Positions 39,807-49,535 of a stretch of DNA of 64,000 bases are shown here, one piece after another (positions within the stretch are counted from its first letter, which is position 1; every line of letters begins with the position of its first letter). The DNA is from a virus, in the IMG/VR virus record IMGVR_UViG_3300031772_002569, positions 1 through 64,000 of that record. One strand, written 5' to 3'. The notes beneath the pieces are model-generated. The model was given only the letters and a program-made list of their open reading frames with translations, was not told the DNA's origin and searched no databases. The position numbers were made by a program, and so were the translations under genes.

Positions 39807-42191
39807 TTATACTATTGATTTTGCTGCTTTTATTCCACTGGTAGTGGGTAATTTAGTAGGGTCAGAAGTGGTTTGTTGTGGAACAGCCGATTCACTTCCT
39901 GCAATAAGAAAGGATTGTTTAGTCTGTGCATCAATTTGTGAATCAATTCTACCCCTTAAATTTAGAGATGGATTCGTTTCACCATTATACTCCACCATAT
40001 TCTTGTGGAATTCTGTTGGTTCAGGCAAGAACGGGGTGTTGTTAGATGAAATAAATACTCCCTCTGTGTAATCATCTGTGTGTGGAGCATGCCCAAAGTT
40101 GGAGTTACCAACGATAGCTCTTTCTTTTTCCAATACATCACACGTAATAGCTATTTCAACTTCTCTAGGGAGTTGAGCGTAGTTTTTTCCGATTATATTG
40201 GAACTTATTATTTTCTTTAAATAGTTCCAGTCTTCGGTTGGATTATTTAACTCGTTTAATGTTTCCCACGAAGCATCATCAGGTATATTGATTGTTATAC
40301 TTTTGATGACTATGGGTTGGAATTTATACAAGTCACCTATAGTAAGCATGAACATAGGTGGCACCATAAATCTATCAAATGCTACTCCCCCTGAGTTTGT
40401 GTAGTTTGATGGTTTTACGCAGCCTGCCATATAATTGATTTTTCTCCACGTAGGAAGTAGTTCTTTTATGCTGCTTACTACTATGTTGAATGTGAATGAT
40501 AACGTTCTGCTAAATCCGCTGTAGCTGTAAACTTGGTCGGCTCGTCCTATGAATCTCAATTCATCCCAAAATGCCGTACCACCTTCTGATATTCCCTTTA
40601 CTGTAGCTCTGAATGGGATATATTTTTCGTTTACTATATCATAAAAATAAAATGCTATGATATCATCTTCATAGGGTTTCCATTCTTCCCACCCAGTAAA
40701 GTCATCTAATGGAATTTTTTCTGCTGACGAACCGTTGTTGATTAGTTTTCTGTCTTTTCCTATTATTGATATTCTGTTTATTCCATCCGACCTGTTGGTC
40801 GTAGAAAGTTTTTTACTTGATCTTGGTTGATGTGTATCCAATGTCTGTGTATTGTTCGAGTATTCGTTTAAATACTTTCCTCTTCCTATTGCATTATAAC
40901 CCATCAATACAGGATCGGTTTGTGGAGCTGATAATGCTCTCGAACCAGGTTCGGTTTTTACTGAATACCCTGCTGTTTCTATGCCGTTTATTAACCTCTT
41001 TAAACTAGAATTGATTGTTTCTACTCCTATCGATTTAGGATTATCAAACTTTGTTTTCCAAAATGATTGGTTGTTTGCTGGAGCCTCACTCGTATAATTG
41101 GCATAGTTTACTAATACTTCTGAATTGGTAAATTCTCCTTCATTTGCAATTTTAACATAATCTCCATATTTGGTTTTTGTGTCGGTTATTTCGTATCCTG
41201 TGGGGCTGTTTATTACAGAGAATCCTTTTCTAATAAAAAGGTCTTTTCCTTTTAATCCTCCGTTAGCTAATAAATCAGTGATTGAAAACGTTCCTCCTGC
41301 TGCTGGTATAAACTTTTTTCTATTATTTACATTCGATCCTCTTGATGTAAACCAAGACTGAACTAAGTCAAATCTGTTAGAGGATATCATTAGTTCATAA
41401 GCTTTTTCATCCGGGCGTGTCTTGTAACTTGTGTTGATGAGATTTGTGCTTAGGAATAATGACTTCATCGAATTCTTTATAGATTCAATAAAACTTGGTA
41501 TTCCTGTTGACGTTGTTGATTTGGCCCACTTTGTTTGTAAATTGTAATATGCTTTTCCAGCGTTTGGACTTCTAATTAATCCATGTCCTCCATCGGAGGA
41601 TTCTTTAGGCAATGAGACTGCCCCTGGAGCGGTTAATGCTGCTGTATTGAATCCAAATGCCGAACCTATGGCTGCTGTGATTCCGTTTTGGATGTTTATG
41701 TGTCTTGCAACTCTCGGTAACAATCCTAAAGTAGCCGGTCGGCCAACAGAAAGCATCACAGAAAGAGGATTGTATAATCTTGTTTCTGGATAGGGATTCA
41801 TTGTTTGTAATACTCCCTGTTTTATATAGAAAAGAACTCCGGCTGAAGAAATAGAAAATTTTCCAATTCTTACTAAGTCATCCAGCGTGTCTTTTATTGG
41901 AAACGCTTGGGATTCCAGTAGTTTAAATTTAGATGGCAACGAACCTATTGCTGGTCCGTCATCTCCTGGATATTTGTAAACGAATGGTTGTTTATTTGGT
42001 AAAAAATTCAATATCGAATCATAGTTTGTATAAGGAGAAAGTGTCCTATACAACTGTCGTTCATTGGATTTAAATAACAAACTTATTTTTCCTGGTACGG
42101 GTCTTGTAGGATAGTTAGGTGGAACACGCCTTAAGTTTGCAGGAAATCCTTGTAGGGGCCGTATCGCGTCAATTCTGTTATCGTTTGGCAT
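39807..42191 (-). CDS. Putative baseplate / tail-tube initiator protein
   Basis: PFRAT, GRADQVYSYSGFSRTLSFTF, PPMFMLTIGD; position between tape measure and LysM. Confidence 0.6.
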   Translation of the reverse strand: MPNDNRIDAIRPLQGFPANLRRVPPNYPTRPVPGKISLLFKSNERQLYRTLSPYTNYDSILNFLPNKQPFVYKYPGDDGPAIGSLPSKFKLLESQAFPIKDTLDDLVRIGKFSISSAGVLFYIKQGVLQTMNPYPETRLYNPLSVMLSVGRPATLGLLPRVARHINIQNGITAAIGSAFGFNTAALTAPGAVSLPKESSDGGHGLIRSPNAGKAYYNLQTKWAKSTTSTGIPSFIESIKNSMKSLFLSTNLINTSYKTRPDEKAYELMISSNRFDLVQSWFTSRGSNVNNRKKFIPAAGGTFSITDLLANGGLKGKDLFIRKGFSVINSPTGYEITDTKTKYGDYVKIANEGEFTNSEVLVNYANYTSEAPANNQSFWKTKFDNPKSIGVETINSSLKRLINGIETAGYSVKTEPGSRALSAPQTDPVLMGYNAIGRGKYLNEYSNNTQTLDTHQPRSSKKLSTTNRSDGINRISIIGKDRKLINNGSSAEKIPLDDFTGWEEWKPYEDDIIAFYFYDIVNEKYIPFRATVKGISEGGTAFWDELRFIGRADQVYSYSGFSRTLSFTFNIVVSSIKELLPTWRKINYMAGCVKPSNYTNSGGVAFDRFMVPPMFMLTIGDLYKFQPIVIKSITINIPDDASWETLNELNNPTEDWNYLKKIISSNIIGKNYAQLPREVEIAITCDVLEKERAIVGNSNFGHAPHTDDYTEGVFISSNNTPFLPEPTEFHKNMVEYNGETNPSLNLRGRIDSQIDAQTKQSFLIAGSESAVPQQTTSDPTKLPTTSGIKAAKSIV

Positions 42192-42201
42192 AATTTCTTA
42201 T

Positions 42202-44568
42202 TTATACAGTTCTTGGCGAATTGGTTCCATATCCATTTGTGAATCTTGTTGTTCTATCTGTTTGAGATGAAAGTAATTGAGAATCTATATATACATTTGC
42301 CATTATTCCTCCTGATGCTAAATCTTTTCTCATTGCACAAATTTCATCTTTGATTGCTTGTAAGGCTGAATTGGTTCCGGATTCTTTTTCTTGTTTGCCG
42401 GTCAATTTAGTTCCTGCAGTTTCAAATCCCACCGACAAATCATTTAGTTTGTCGAATTCCATTTTAGGTATAGAATTTATCGCTACTGCCAAATCCTTTA
42501 ATGCTGATGTAAGGCTTAATACTTGTGATACCGTTTTTATTAAACTAAGAGTCTGTAGGTCTTTAAATCCCTGAACTATTACTTGGAATCCACTTGCAAA
42601 ATTTTGTATAGCTTTGGACGCTATCCACATGGCAGCCGAAAATGGTATCAACGAGGCACCTAATAAAGCTATTGCTAGGGAGCCGGCAGCTATAAGTGGT
42701 AAAATAGGCCCCAATATTGCTGCGCCTATTGCTAACGCTGTTATACCAGCGGCAGCGATAAAGAACGTTTTCCAATTAACTCCATCCATCAATTTCATAG
42801 CAAATGCTAGTGGTATCAAAGAAGCACTCAATGCTAGGATGTTTATTACACCCCTTAATATAGATGGTGATGCCATTGCTCTTATTCCTGATGCTGTTCC
42901 TTTAAAGAATGCCCCTACACCTTTTCCTAACCCGGCTCCTATTCCACTAAAAAATTTCGACAAACCAAAGAATACAGCAGCTAATGCACCAGCACCAACT
43001 ACTGCCGCTGCCAATCCTGCACCCCATCCGTAAGTGTGTTTATTGATGAATGATAGGGTATTTGCGATTGCACCTAAAACGTTATCTATTATAGGCAAAA
43101 ATGACTCCGCAATTCTTTGGGTAAGGGCTTTCCAGGACTGTTGAATGGATTCTATTCGTGCGCTGTTATTCTTTATTGACAATATTTGTCTTTCACTTTG
43201 AGCTTCGTCTTTGACTCTTTGTGCGGTTGCTTTAGTTAGACTGTTATACGATTTTAATTGATTTCGAATACCCGCATCCGTAGAACGGTTCAATCTATCC
43301 ATTTCTCTGTCTGCTTGCAACATTTTACCCAATTCGTCTGCTGATTTTCCTAATGCTGTAGCTATGGCTTTTTGTGTAATAGGATCACGTTCTTCAAAAC
43401 TTGATTCCTTTGCTATTTTTAAAATTTCTTCATTCAATCCTTTTAAGTCTCTAGCAAATGATAAATCTCTTGCTTTTTGTAAATTCATGGATTTACCCAT
43501 TAATACGCTTGCTTCCATTTCATCTCTAACCGAAGAAGTGAAATCAATTAGTTTTTCTGCGGAACTGGCAGCGGATGTTAATGAAGTTCCCAATCTTTTT
43601 GCTTCCACGGCAGCCTTTGTTATGGCTATGGGAGAACGAGACATAAAAGTGTAATGAGATTTTGTTGCATTAGCGACATCCTTCATTACTTCGTCTAAGT
43701 TGGTATCGGCGGCCTGAGATAATTTAGCAGCAAACAAAGCAACGTCGAGTTGTGACTCAGCTGTTGTTCCAGCAACGGATGCCATGGTTCTTAAAAATTC
43801 TGCTGACGTAGAGGCTGATATACCGAGTTGTTGAGACATTAAGGCCATGTCTATTTTCATTCTCTTGGTAGAAGATAGTGCTGTTCCAAAAGACTCGGCT
43901 ATGGCTTTTACTGATTCATATACATGTTTGGCAGTCACTCCTACGGCCCCATACTCAAATTGAATACTTCTTGCATCGTCATCTATGCTCTTAGTAAACT
44001 CTCTGGTTATTCCCAAAGATTTTCTGAAATCTGCGGCAGCCTTATCAATTTCATTAAACGTATCAAGTATAAATTTAAATAATTTTACAGCTAAAACTAT
44101 TCCGATTAACATTGGTCCACCTGAAGACCATAGTTCCGAGAGTTCTGATGTTATCTTCTTTACTCCGTTTATTCCCAATGATTCACTTACCAATTCTCCA
44201 CTTCTTTGTTTATGGAGTTTTGCATATTCTTCTTGCATCCCCCTAATATGATCCTCTTGATTCATTAATTGATTAGTGAGTTCTTGTGATTTAGCAATAT
44301 CAGTTGTTCCTAGATCTGAAATATCTTTACGAAGACTGCTTATTTTAACTAACCTAGCATGCATGTTTGCTTCCAATGCATTAATTTTTGATTGGGTGCT
44401 TAGTTGTGAACTCTGAACAGATTCTATTATTCTGTGATGTGCGCCGATGTCTTTTAAGAAACTCATGTGAAGTTCATACTCCGCGGCGGAGCTTTTTAAA
44501 CTTTCGAGTACATCGCGGCTAGCGTCTGCGTAGTCTTTTAACGTATCTTTATCTATTCGGTCAGGCAT
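42202..44568 (-). CDS. Tail tape measure protein
   Basis: Helical Ala-rich protein with Gly/Ala hydrophobic segments; directly downstream of the chaperone genes. Confidence 0.8.
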   Translation of the reverse strand: MPDRIDKDTLKDYADASRDVLESLKSSAAEYELHMSFLKDIGAHHRIIESVQSSQLSTQSKINALEANMHARLVKISSLRKDISDLGTTDIAKSQELTNQLMNQEDHIRGMQEEYAKLHKQRSGELVSESLGINGVKKITSELSELWSSGGPMLIGIVLAVKLFKFILDTFNEIDKAAADFRKSLGITREFTKSIDDDARSIQFEYGAVGVTAKHVYESVKAIAESFGTALSSTKRMKIDMALMSQQLGISASTSAEFLRTMASVAGTTAESQLDVALFAAKLSQAADTNLDEVMKDVANATKSHYTFMSRSPIAITKAAVEAKRLGTSLTSAASSAEKLIDFTSSVRDEMEASVLMGKSMNLQKARDLSFARDLKGLNEEILKIAKESSFEERDPITQKAIATALGKSADELGKMLQADREMDRLNRSTDAGIRNQLKSYNSLTKATAQRVKDEAQSERQILSIKNNSARIESIQQSWKALTQRIAESFLPIIDNVLGAIANTLSFINKHTYGWGAGLAAAVVGAGALAAVFFGLSKFFSGIGAGLGKGVGAFFKGTASGIRAMASPSILRGVINILALSASLIPLAFAMKLMDGVNWKTFFIAAAGITALAIGAAILGPILPLIAAGSLAIALLGASLIPFSAAMWIASKAIQNFASGFQVIVQGFKDLQTLSLIKTVSQVLSLTSALKDLAVAINSIPKMEFDKLNDLSVGFETAGTKLTGKQEKESGTNSALQAIKDEICAMRKDLASGGIMANVYIDSQLLSSQTDRTTRFTNGYGTNSPRTV

Positions 44569-44610
44569 AAATCACTTTGTATGATTATAAATATTGTCCA
44601 ACTTGCTTAT

Positions 44611-44844
44611 TTAAAGAGTTTTCTGTATAACTTTTTTGTTTCCTGTTTGATTCTTTGAATCTTCCGATTGGGATTTCTCCTTCTTCATCTGTTCTATTAG
44701 CCATTTTGTATAAAAATACCTCAAGGATATAGGCATAGTATATACTTCATCGTGGGTAAATGCACCGTTGGAGTGATATGCTAAGGATACTATATCAGAA
44801 TGAATTCTGAGTTTATCTTCAGGTAGTAGCGTCAGGCCATAGAA
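44611..44844 (-). CDS. gp51-like tail/baseplate chaperone C-terminal ORF, likely reached by +1 frameshift
   Basis: FYGLTLLPEDKLRIHSDIVSLAYHSNGAFTHDEVYTMPISLRYFY; overlaps the upstream stop and has no ATG before the motif. Confidence 0.6.
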   Translation of the reverse strand, partial: FYGLTLLPEDKLRIHSDIVSLAYHSNGAFTHDEVYTMPISLRYFYTKWLIEQMKKEKSQSEDSKNQTGNKKVIQKTL

Positions 44845-45646
44845 AGGATGCTCCCATTGGGATGTCCATCCTCCTTTCAGTTTCACATTTTTCACAATGG
44901 AAATCAAAAGATAAGTCAATGTTTGGAATGACTTCTTTCATGTGTTGTCTTAAGGCTAGACTGTCTTTTGCTAATAGTCCCGTGTCAATAAATTTTCGAA
45001 TTACACCTTGGTCGGAATTACCATCAACGGAAGTAATTATATATTTTAATCTAGTTGTTAACTCGCTGGAGGATTCTTTTGATACCTTTTTTAAATTTTT
45101 CAATTCTTGTTCAATCGAATTATCGTCTGTTTGATTGAGTAATTTAAATGTTATTTCTTTTCCACAACTAGGAAGTTTGAAACTTATTCTATTTTGTCCC
45201 CTTGTCATTCCTGACCAATTTACTTCCTTGTTTTTTATACTGTTAAGATCTATCACAAGTTTATTTTGTGTGGAACATCTCGAACATTCTACAGATATTG
45301 GATATCCATCTCCATAGGCCAACCTTCTCACTGCTATTAATATAGCATTTTTATCCTGAGTAAAGATGTCTTCGACTCTTACTGACTTATCAACTATTAG
45401 GGATTCGATAAGTTTATCAACTACAGTTCCTTTTTTAATAAGGTCTTGGTTGGCTAGGATGTCTTCTTCCCTAGCGGTCATTTGTTTTAACTCTATAACA
45501 CCCGAAGCAAGTGGATTTCCTTCAACATAAAAAAATCCTTCGGTTGGTAAAGGAATATTTTCTGTTGGATATTTACTTTCTTCTTTTATTTGGGTCGATA
45601 CAGGAATTCCACCTGGCCTACGTAACGGAATTATTTCATCGGTCAT
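44819..45646 (-). CDS. T4 gp26-like baseplate/tail assembly chaperone
   Basis: LPTEG..Y, MTAREEDIL, RRLAYG, two CxxC pairs, terminal FLWP. Confidence 0.8.
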   Translation of the reverse strand: MTDEIIPLRRPGGIPVSTQIKEESKYPTENIPLPTEGFFYVEGNPLASGVIELKQMTAREEDILANQDLIKKGTVVDKLIESLIVDKSVRVEDIFTQDKNAILIAVRRLAYGDGYPISVECSRCSTQNKLVIDLNSIKNKEVNWSGMTRGQNRISFKLPSCGKEITFKLLNQTDDNSIEQELKNLKKVSKESSSELTTRLKYIITSVDGNSDQGVIRKFIDTGLLAKDSLALRQHMKEVIPNIDLSFDFHCEKCETERRMDIPMGASFLWPDATT

Positions 45647-45702
45647 AAAATATTAATCTCTTCTTTGACTAATATATAGGAGGGGATGTATTTTTTTGAT
45701 TA

Positions 45703-46647
45703 TTATATTTGACCCGCGATCTTCTTGTTTAGGTCTTGACGTTGTTTTTCTAAATCAGGAATTTTATCTTTTCTCAAATTATCAACGTTTTTCTTCTGAA
45801 AAGTGAGTTCTTTTTTCTTGGAGTCCAAGTCTCTATCTACTTGTTTTTTTGATTTTTCTGCATCTATCTTTGCTTTCATTAAATCTTGCTCTGTATTTTG
45901 GCTGCTAAGATCAGTTGGAGTGACATCCCCTGCTGGCGTAGAAGAAACTGGAGGGGTGCCCATTAATTCTAATATACATTCTTTGATTAATGATTCAATA
46001 TATTCTTTTGTAATAGACGGTTCTTTTGTTGGGAATTCTACATCTCTAGCAGAAAATTTATCAACAAGAAGTTTGAATAAACTAGCATCAAACCAACCAA
46101 ATGCCCATTGAAAGAATTTTCTTTTATTGTCTTCGGATTGTGTGTTGGATCCTAATGCGTTTCTTACATCGGTTCCATTGATGTTTTTTCCATCTATTTT
46201 TACATCGTTAACAATGATGACGTATCCTCTTTTATCAGCCGTCTCCATGTTGTTTCTATTTGATTCATAAGGTTGATAATAGGCCAATGCACCCTTACGT
46301 GTGACCCATATTTCTTTTCCTTGTTTATCTAATTGTGTTCCACCTATCAATCTTTGTTTGTCTTTTTCTCCTAAAGCAAAAATTGCAGCCGCACCTGGAA
46401 ATTTACTAATTACTTCTACGGGAGTGTATCCGTTTTTTACCTGAACAACGTGACTGGAAGGGATTCCGTGTTTTACTAAAATCATTTCTTTTTCTGCAAA
46501 AGATAATGGAGAGTCGGGGAGTTCTACTTTATTTGATGTTACAACAAATGTATCAATTCCAACTAACTGTTTTAGTTGTTTATAAACCTCTAAATGTCCT
46601 CGGTGGGGAGGTTGAAATCTTCCTGTATAGATGCCTATGGTTTTCAT
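45703..46647 (-). CDS. HxGH nucleotidyltransferase (cytidyltransferase-like) with C-terminal coiled coil
   Basis: IYTGRFQPPHRGH, SPLSF.EK, GEKD, NGTDVR; YIESLIKECILE junction. Confidence 0.8.
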   Translation of the reverse strand: MKTIGIYTGRFQPPHRGHLEVYKQLKQLVGIDTFVVTSNKVELPDSPLSFAEKEMILVKHGIPSSHVVQVKNGYTPVEVISKFPGAAAIFALGEKDKQRLIGGTQLDKQGKEIWVTRKGALAYYQPYESNRNNMETADKRGYVIIVNDVKIDGKNINGTDVRNALGSNTQSEDNKRKFFQWAFGWFDASLFKLLVDKFSARDVEFPTKEPSITKEYIESLIKECILELMGTPPVSSTPAGDVTPTDLSSQNTEQDLMKAKIDAEKSKKQVDRDLDSKKKELTFQKKNVDNLRKDKIPDLEKQRQDLNKKIAGQI

Positions 46648-47321
46648 TATGCTACATAGTTAGTTACTTCATAACTTCCTGTGGGCATTCTGTAGATACT
46701 TACATGAAGGTATTTTCTTGTTGGTTTGCCCTTATATTGTAAGAGTTTATAGTGTGCATCTTTGTGTTGTTCGTAATTAATTCCCCCATACATATAAGGT
46801 CCACGAACACCGTGTCTGTCATTATCTGTAGGTTCGTTTTCTTTTGGGTCAACCATGATTCTATTTTTGTCAACGAAATCTTCAACCGAACTCAGAGCGT
46901 CACTTAGAGTTCTTTGGAATTTAAATAAGTTTGTGGTTTCATCTATACCAGCGTTCTTATTTGTATATTTTAAAAATTTTCCTCCAGCTATATCATTCCA
47001 CACATTTCCTATTGGGTATGTAGAATTTTCGCCAACTAAATAAGTCTCATAATCGTTCAATGAAAATTGATCTTGAATGGCCAAAATTATTTGTCCAAAA
47101 TTTGGGTCATTCGATTTTCTTAATTCTAATTCCAATGTCTTATACGCTTGGTTCATGTTGGAAGTCCAATGATTTGTTTCATTGACAGGATCTTTGGCCG
47201 GCTGCGGTTCAATCATTGCGTGACTGTATCCAAGATTTTCTCTGATTATGGATTTAATTATCTCCTTTAATTCAACCCTTGATAATCTTGATGGTAGCGA
47301 TTTCATTTCTTTGTTCTTCAT
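46647..47321 (-). CDS. Hypothetical modular late protein
   Basis: LSRVELKEIIKSIIRE leader; TATTTATA at 47329-47336. Confidence 0.65.
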   Translation of the reverse strand: MKNKEMKSLPSRLSRVELKEIIKSIIRENLGYSHAMIEPQPAKDPVNETNHWTSNMNQAYKTLELELRKSNDPNFGQIILAIQDQFSLNDYETYLVGENSTYPIGNVWNDIAGGKFLKYTNKNAGIDETTNLFKFQRTLSDALSSVEDFVDKNRIMVDPKENEPTDNDRHGVRGPYMYGGINYEQHKDAHYKLLQYKGKPTRKYLHVSIYRMPTGSYEVTNYVA

Positions 47322-47351
47322 GTTACCATATAAATATACATCATTAAAATG

Positions 47352-47385
47352 AAAAACAAAAAACCCGGCGTTTCGGCCGGGCTTT
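47352..47385 (-). terminator. Intrinsic terminator of the tail tube gene
   Basis: CCCGGC-CGAAAC-GCCGGG followed by TTTTTTGTTTTT. Confidence 0.85.
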
Positions 47386-47416
47386 CATTGTTGTTAACTG
47401 TGTAATGATATAAATA

Positions 47417-47908
47417 CTAAAACTGAAGTATGGCGTAATCGTAACTGATTGTAGCCACCACCATAAGTGCGTCACCTGTGTTTGACCAATCTAAGGTTCC
47501 GAAATCTGTATTGGTAACGAAGGCGCCTTTGTAGGTCCACTCTTCTACTTTGTCACCAACCGGTCCTAATACATTGATTGTGATGTCTTTCTTATAAAAA
47601 TCTTGATATCCATCACGGCCCGTGACAGATTCATGGCCCAAACGAATCCATTCCATTACTGCTTGTGCGGCTGAAGGAACGATTGGGTCGTAAAGTTCTA
47701 ACGTTACTTCCTGCCAAATCGTCTTACCTTTATAGTAACGTTGAAGGTTGATGTGGTCTAAGGCTTTTCTTTCGCTTACGGGTTTTGGGCGGTCAACCTT
47801 TTTGATTACAAACGAAGCAATTCCATCAACATACATGATGAAACGATGTTGTGTTTTTGGTTCAAACGCTGTCCAAAATATCTCATTAGAATTTAGCAAG
47901 TCAGCCAT
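47417..47908 (-). CDS. Tail tube protein (T4 gp19-like)
   Basis: FEPK...RF, WQEVTLELYDPI, EWIR, GPVGDKVEEW..KGAF, YDYA. Confidence 0.9.
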   Translation of the reverse strand: MADLLNSNEIFWTAFEPKTQHRFIMYVDGIASFVIKKVDRPKPVSERKALDHINLQRYYKGKTIWQEVTLELYDPIVPSAAQAVMEWIRLGHESVTGRDGYQDFYKKDITINVLGPVGDKVEEWTYKGAFVTNTDFGTLDWSNTGDALMVVATISYDYAILQF

Positions 47909-48035
47909 AAAATTAGTCTTTCTTTAATGTTGTGTTGTTTATCACACTGTATAAATATTTGTTGACATAATAAATTGATTCTTTTTGAATACAATTCATA
48001 ATTATCATCGACGTTCGAACCAATAGTTTAATGAC

Positions 48036-49535
48036 ATGAAAAAAGACCCTATTATAAAAACTTGTAACTTCTGTGAAAAAGAATACGAGATACCTCATAG
48101 AAAAAGAAGTATGGCTTCCACACGTCGGTTTTGTTCTAAGTCTTGTTCCAATAAAAGCCCTGATGTGATTGAAAAGATAAAACAGAAACAGTTGGAAACA
48201 TATCAGGAAAAATACGGTGTTAGTCATCCCATGAAAACTAAGGAAGTTGTTTCTAAGTTCAAATCATCGATGAAGGAAAAATATGGAGTAGAACATGCTT
48301 TATGTTCTTCTGAGTTTTTAGAAAAATCACATGCCACAAAACTAAAAAAATATGGTGATGTTAATTTTAATAACGTCGAAAAAATGAAACAAACTTGTCT
48401 GAAGCTTTATGGTGTAGATAATATAAGAAAATCCAAGGATGTTGTTGATATGATAAACACGACTGTAATGGATAAACATTTTGATTATCTTATTAAGGTG
48501 TGTAAAGAATGTAATATCGCTCTTCTTTTTAATCGAAAAGAATACGTTGGGTATCATTTTACAAATTCATACAAGTTTAAGTGTGAAGTTTGTGATAATG
48601 AATTTTCTAATTCTGTATATCATCTTTCAAATTTGTATTGTAACAAATGTCATCCGGATAAACGTTTAAAATTGGAGGGATCGTTTTTTGAATTTTTGAA
48701 ATTGATTGTTCCATCTAACATAGAAATTAAAAGAAGAGATAGGGCTATCTTGTATGGAAAGGAATTAGACTTTTTTATTCCATACAAAAAGATATCATTT
48801 GAAATTAATGGTCTTTACTGGCACAGTGAATGTTCAGGTAATATATCAAAAAACTACCATCTCAACAAGACTAAGAATTGTTTGTTTCACGGAATAAAGT
48901 TAATGCATATTTTTGAAAATGAGTGGATAGAAAAATCGGATATAGTAAAATCCATAATAAGATCAACACTGGGTTATCAATCCAATAGGATTTATGCGAG
49001 GGAATGTGTGGTGGGAGAAGTTTCCATAGTTGATAAGAATAAATTTCTCAATAACAATCATCTTCAAGGAGAAGACAAATCAACCATAAAGTTGGGTCTG
49101 TATAAAGATGATGAATTGATGTCAATCATGACCTTTAGAAGAACGTCCAGGTTTGACAAGGATGTAGAATGGGAGTTATCTAGGTTTTGTAATAAGTTAG
49201 AATATTCCATCGTCGGTGGAGCTAGTAAGTTGTTTTCTCACTTTGTTGAAAATCATCATCCAAAATCTATAGTTAGTTATAGCGACCGACGATATTTTAG
49301 CGGAGAAATTTATTCCATTCTTGGGTTTAATTTTATACACAATACTCCACCAAACTATCACTATGTAACAGATGGATATAAAGGGATAAAAAATAGGATG
49401 TCATTTCAAAAACACAAATTAAAAAACATATTACCTATTTTTGATGATGGTCTGTCGGAGTGGGAAAATATGAAAAAGAATGGATTCGATAGAATCTGGG
49501 ATTGTGGACACTCTAAATGGATATTTAAATCTTAG
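48036..49535 (+). CDS. Hef/Vsr-like putative homing endonuclease with KYGV repeats and C-terminal Mom-like domain
   Basis: CxxC...FCSKSC, repeated (K)YGV, ELDFFIP..FEINGLYWHS, IFENEW, ELSRFC..GGASKL..SYSDRR; opposite strand to its neighbours. Confidence 0.7.
   Translation: MKKDPIIKTCNFCEKEYEIPHRKRSMASTRRFCSKSCSNKSPDVIEKIKQKQLETYQEKYGVSHPMKTKEVVSKFKSSMKEKYGVEHALCSSEFLEKSHATKLKKYGDVNFNNVEKMKQTCLKLYGVDNIRKSKDVVDMINTTVMDKHFDYLIKVCKECNIALLFNRKEYVGYHFTNSYKFKCEVCDNEFSNSVYHLSNLYCNKCHPDKRLKLEGSFFEFLKLIVPSNIEIKRRDRAILYGKELDFFIPYKKISFEINGLYWHSECSGNISKNYHLNKTKNCLFHGIKLMHIFENEWIEKSDIVKSIIRSTLGYQSNRIYARECVVGEVSIVDKNKFLNNNHLQGEDKSTIKLGLYKDDELMSIMTFRRTSRFDKDVEWELSRFCNKLEYSIVGGASKLFSHFVENHHPKSIVSYSDRRYFSGEIYSILGFNFIHNTPPNYHYVTDGYKGIKNRMSFQKHKLKNILPIFDDGLSEWENMKKNGFDRIWDCGHSKWIFKS

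Noticed and set aside
44845-44919. Track start (TTG at 44919) for the gp51-like ORF
   Set aside because: It lies 100 nt inside the upstream gene with no initiation signal; a frameshift at 44840-44848 explains the ORF better.
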